Assembly: GCA_037441385.1 (NCBI GenBank) | Contig: JBBISH010000123.1 | Span: forward strand, 1 to 17,743 | From: Myxococcales bacterium | Lineage (GTDB): Bacteria > Myxococcota_A > UBA9042 | Reading direction: 5' to 3' | Length of the DNA stretch: 17,743 nt | In this document: positions 16,292 to 17,743 of the stretch, piece by piece | Layout of the letters: each line of letters begins with the position of its first letter | Position numbering within the stretch: the first letter of the stretch is position 1 | Made by a program: the position numbers and the translations under genes | The notes under the pieces: generated by a model | Databases searched by the model: none | What the model saw: the letters and a program-made list of their open reading frames with translations, nothing else | What the model was told of the DNA's origin: nothing

Positions 16292-16969
16292 CTACACCGG
16301 CTGCGGCTCCGGCATGGCCTCGTCGTTCGCCGCCTTCTTCTCCGCGCGCTCCGGCGCCAGCACCGCCCGCACCAGGTCGCTCCGCCCGGTGAACGTGATC
16401 AGGATGGCCACCTCGGTCTCGGCGGTCTGCTTCTCGACCGCTTCGAGCAGGGCCACGCGCGCCACCTCGTGGCTCAGGGCCTGGCCGCGGGCCTTGGCGC
16501 GGGCGGCGTCCGCGTTCCCCAGGTCCGTGGTCGCGGCGGCCAACTGCTCCAGCGACTTGGCGAGTTCAGGGTGGGCCTGCGCCTTGCCCTTGGCCAGCAC
16601 GTCGCCGGCAAACGCGGTGGCCTTGGCGGCGCCCAGCTTCTTGGCATCGGTGGCCGTAATCGTGCCAAACAGCTGGGCATAAGGCGGCTTGCCGGCATCC
16701 TTGCCCGCCGCCAAGAAGGCCCGGCCCGACAAGTCGCCGATGGCCGCATCCCACGCCGCGTCCAGCACTTGCACCTTGCGTTGCGCGCCCAGCAGGGCCC
16801 AGCGATCCACGTCGCGAGCATCGCGGCCGGCCAGGAGCTTTTGGCGCAGGTCGAGCCACGGCTTGGCGAACTCGGCCAGGCCGGGCAGGGCCTGCAGGCC
16901 GGCGATGGCGGCGGTGGCGTAGTCGACCAGGGTTTCCAGCGAAGCGGCGGCGGGTTGGCGGTAGCTCAT
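16292..16969 (-). CDS. Hypothetical Ala-rich helical protein (225 aa)
   Basis: ATG with AAGGAG RBS, strongly GC-biased third positions, long helical/coiled-coil-like segments. No motif recognised. Confidence 0.85.
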   Translation of the reverse strand: MSYRQPAAASLETLVDYATAAIAGLQALPGLAEFAKPWLDLRQKLLAGRDARDVDRWALLGAQRKVQVLDAAWDAAIGDLSGRAFLAAGKDAGKPPYAQLFGTITATDAKKLGAAKATAFAGDVLAKGKAQAHPELAKSLEQLAAATTDLGNADAARAKARGQALSHEVARVALLEAVEKQTAETEVAILITFTGRSDLVRAVLAPERAEKKAANDEAMPEPQPV

Positions 16970-17006
16970 GGGTCTTGGCTCCTTGGTGGTGGTTGGGGGG
17001 GGCTGG

Positions 17007-17034
17007 AGCGTATGCCGGGTGGGGCAATTGTCCA
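17007..17034 (-). promoter_or_regulatory. Putative sigma70-type promoter for the 225-aa gene
   Basis: Minus strand TGGACA (17034-17029), 16-nt spacer, TACGCT (17012-17007), 37 nt before the ATG. Confidence 0.4.
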
Positions 17035-17063
17035 GTTTTGCAGGGTGCGCGGGGCTGGTCCGA

Positions 17064-17089
17064 GTAGGGGCGGGCTTCCACGCCCGCCC
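17064..17089 (+). repeat. GTAG-family REP-like palindrome
   Basis: GTAG followed by a perfect 8-bp stem GGGCGGGC-ttccac-GCCCGCCC, in the gap between divergent genes. Confidence 0.6.
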
Positions 17090-17227
17090 GGTCTCATCCG
17101 CGTTCGTATGCGCGCCCCCGTCTGGGCACCCGCGTCAGTGCACTCAGGCAAGCCGAGCCCAGGCGCCCATGACCGGACTGGAAATGTGGTAGCATGATCG
17201 CCGTGGTTGGGCGGTGCGGAGAGGCAA

Positions 17228-17743
17228 ATGATGGGACACGCGAGCACCGCAACGTGCGTTCGCCTTGTTTGCCAAGTTGTTTTCTTCACTGCGTTCCTAT
17301 CCGCTTGCACCACCTCTCCGGCCACAACGTCTACAGCAACCTCCCTCGTCGACTCGGCCAGCGACGTCGCAGATGCCGTTGCCGGACCGCTCGACGCCAG
17401 CAGCGAAGATGCCAAACCCGCAGACGCCACGCCAGATACCAGCGACGTCCCCCCGCCAGACCAGTCGGACCAAGACGCCCCCGACGACTTCGACACCGCG
17501 CCCGCGATCCCGCCCGTGGTCGACCTTGGCCCGCCCTACAAGCTGTCTGGTTCTGGCTGCGCGCTTCCCGAACCGCCCAGCCCTTCGGCCGAGTGCGCCG
17601 CCAAGGTGTGCCCCAAGGGCGAGGGCTGTATGGGCGCGGGCCACTGCCATCCGTTGGTGCCCACGATGCTCGACGACCCGCCGGGTGGTGCGTTGAATCC
17701 CAGCGTCGCCGTCAATGGCGACCTGTGGGGTATCGCCTACTCG
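17228..17743 (+). CDS. Lipoprotein, 3'-partial (acidic D/P linker followed by a Cys-rich segment)
   Basis: Absent from the ORF track because it has no stop in the window. Manual translation: MMGHASTATCVRLVCQVVFFTAFLSAC (lipobox LSAC), TTSPATT..DASSEDAKPADATPD..ECAAKVCPKGEGCMGAGHC..NPSVAVNGDLWGIAYS, open to the window end. GGAGAGG upstream. Confidence 0.8.
   Translation, partial: MMGHASTATCVRLVCQVVFFTAFLSACTTSPATTSTATSLVDSASDVADAVAGPLDASSEDAKPADATPDTSDVPPPDQSDQDAPDDFDTAPAIPPVVDLGPPYKLSGSGCALPEPPSPSAECAAKVCPKGEGCMGAGHCHPLVPTMLDDPPGGALNPSVAVNGDLWGIAYS

Noticed and set aside
16270..16296. Second REP copy (CCCTAC/CCTAC) on the minus strand
   Set aside because: One GTAG is just the gene's GTG-TAG end and no matching palindrome follows.

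Overview
GC-rich bacterial DNA. The Cys-rich repeat lipoproteins suggest Myxococcota or related Deltaproteobacteria (inference). The left half is a cell-surface locus. On the + strand are the 3' part of a large CDDGNxCTxDxC-repeat protein ending in a discoidin/DDR DS-like domain, a 73-aa ORF and a cobalamin-dependent radical SAM enzyme. Converging on these from the - strand is a three-gene unit joined by ATGA overlaps: a ~1150-aa Cys-repeat/beta-propeller/somatomedin-B-like lipoprotein, a small putative outer-membrane beta-barrel and a monoheme cytochrome c lipoprotein. Next come a decayed orphan C-terminal domain and an A/T-richer intergenic stretch with a good sigma70 promoter, an operator-like palindrome and a possibly structured leader RNA. 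The right half has a metallopeptidase/beta-propeller/Omp85-type barrel fusion behind a lone 2-oxoacid dehydrogenase E1 alpha gene, a divergent chrB-chrC(SOD)-chrA chromate-resistance operon, a helical hypothetical protein, a GTAG-type REP hairpin and the start of another lipoprotein. No tRNA, rRNA, CRISPR array, transposase or integrase was recognised. All family assignments are from motif recognition by eye; no searches were run.
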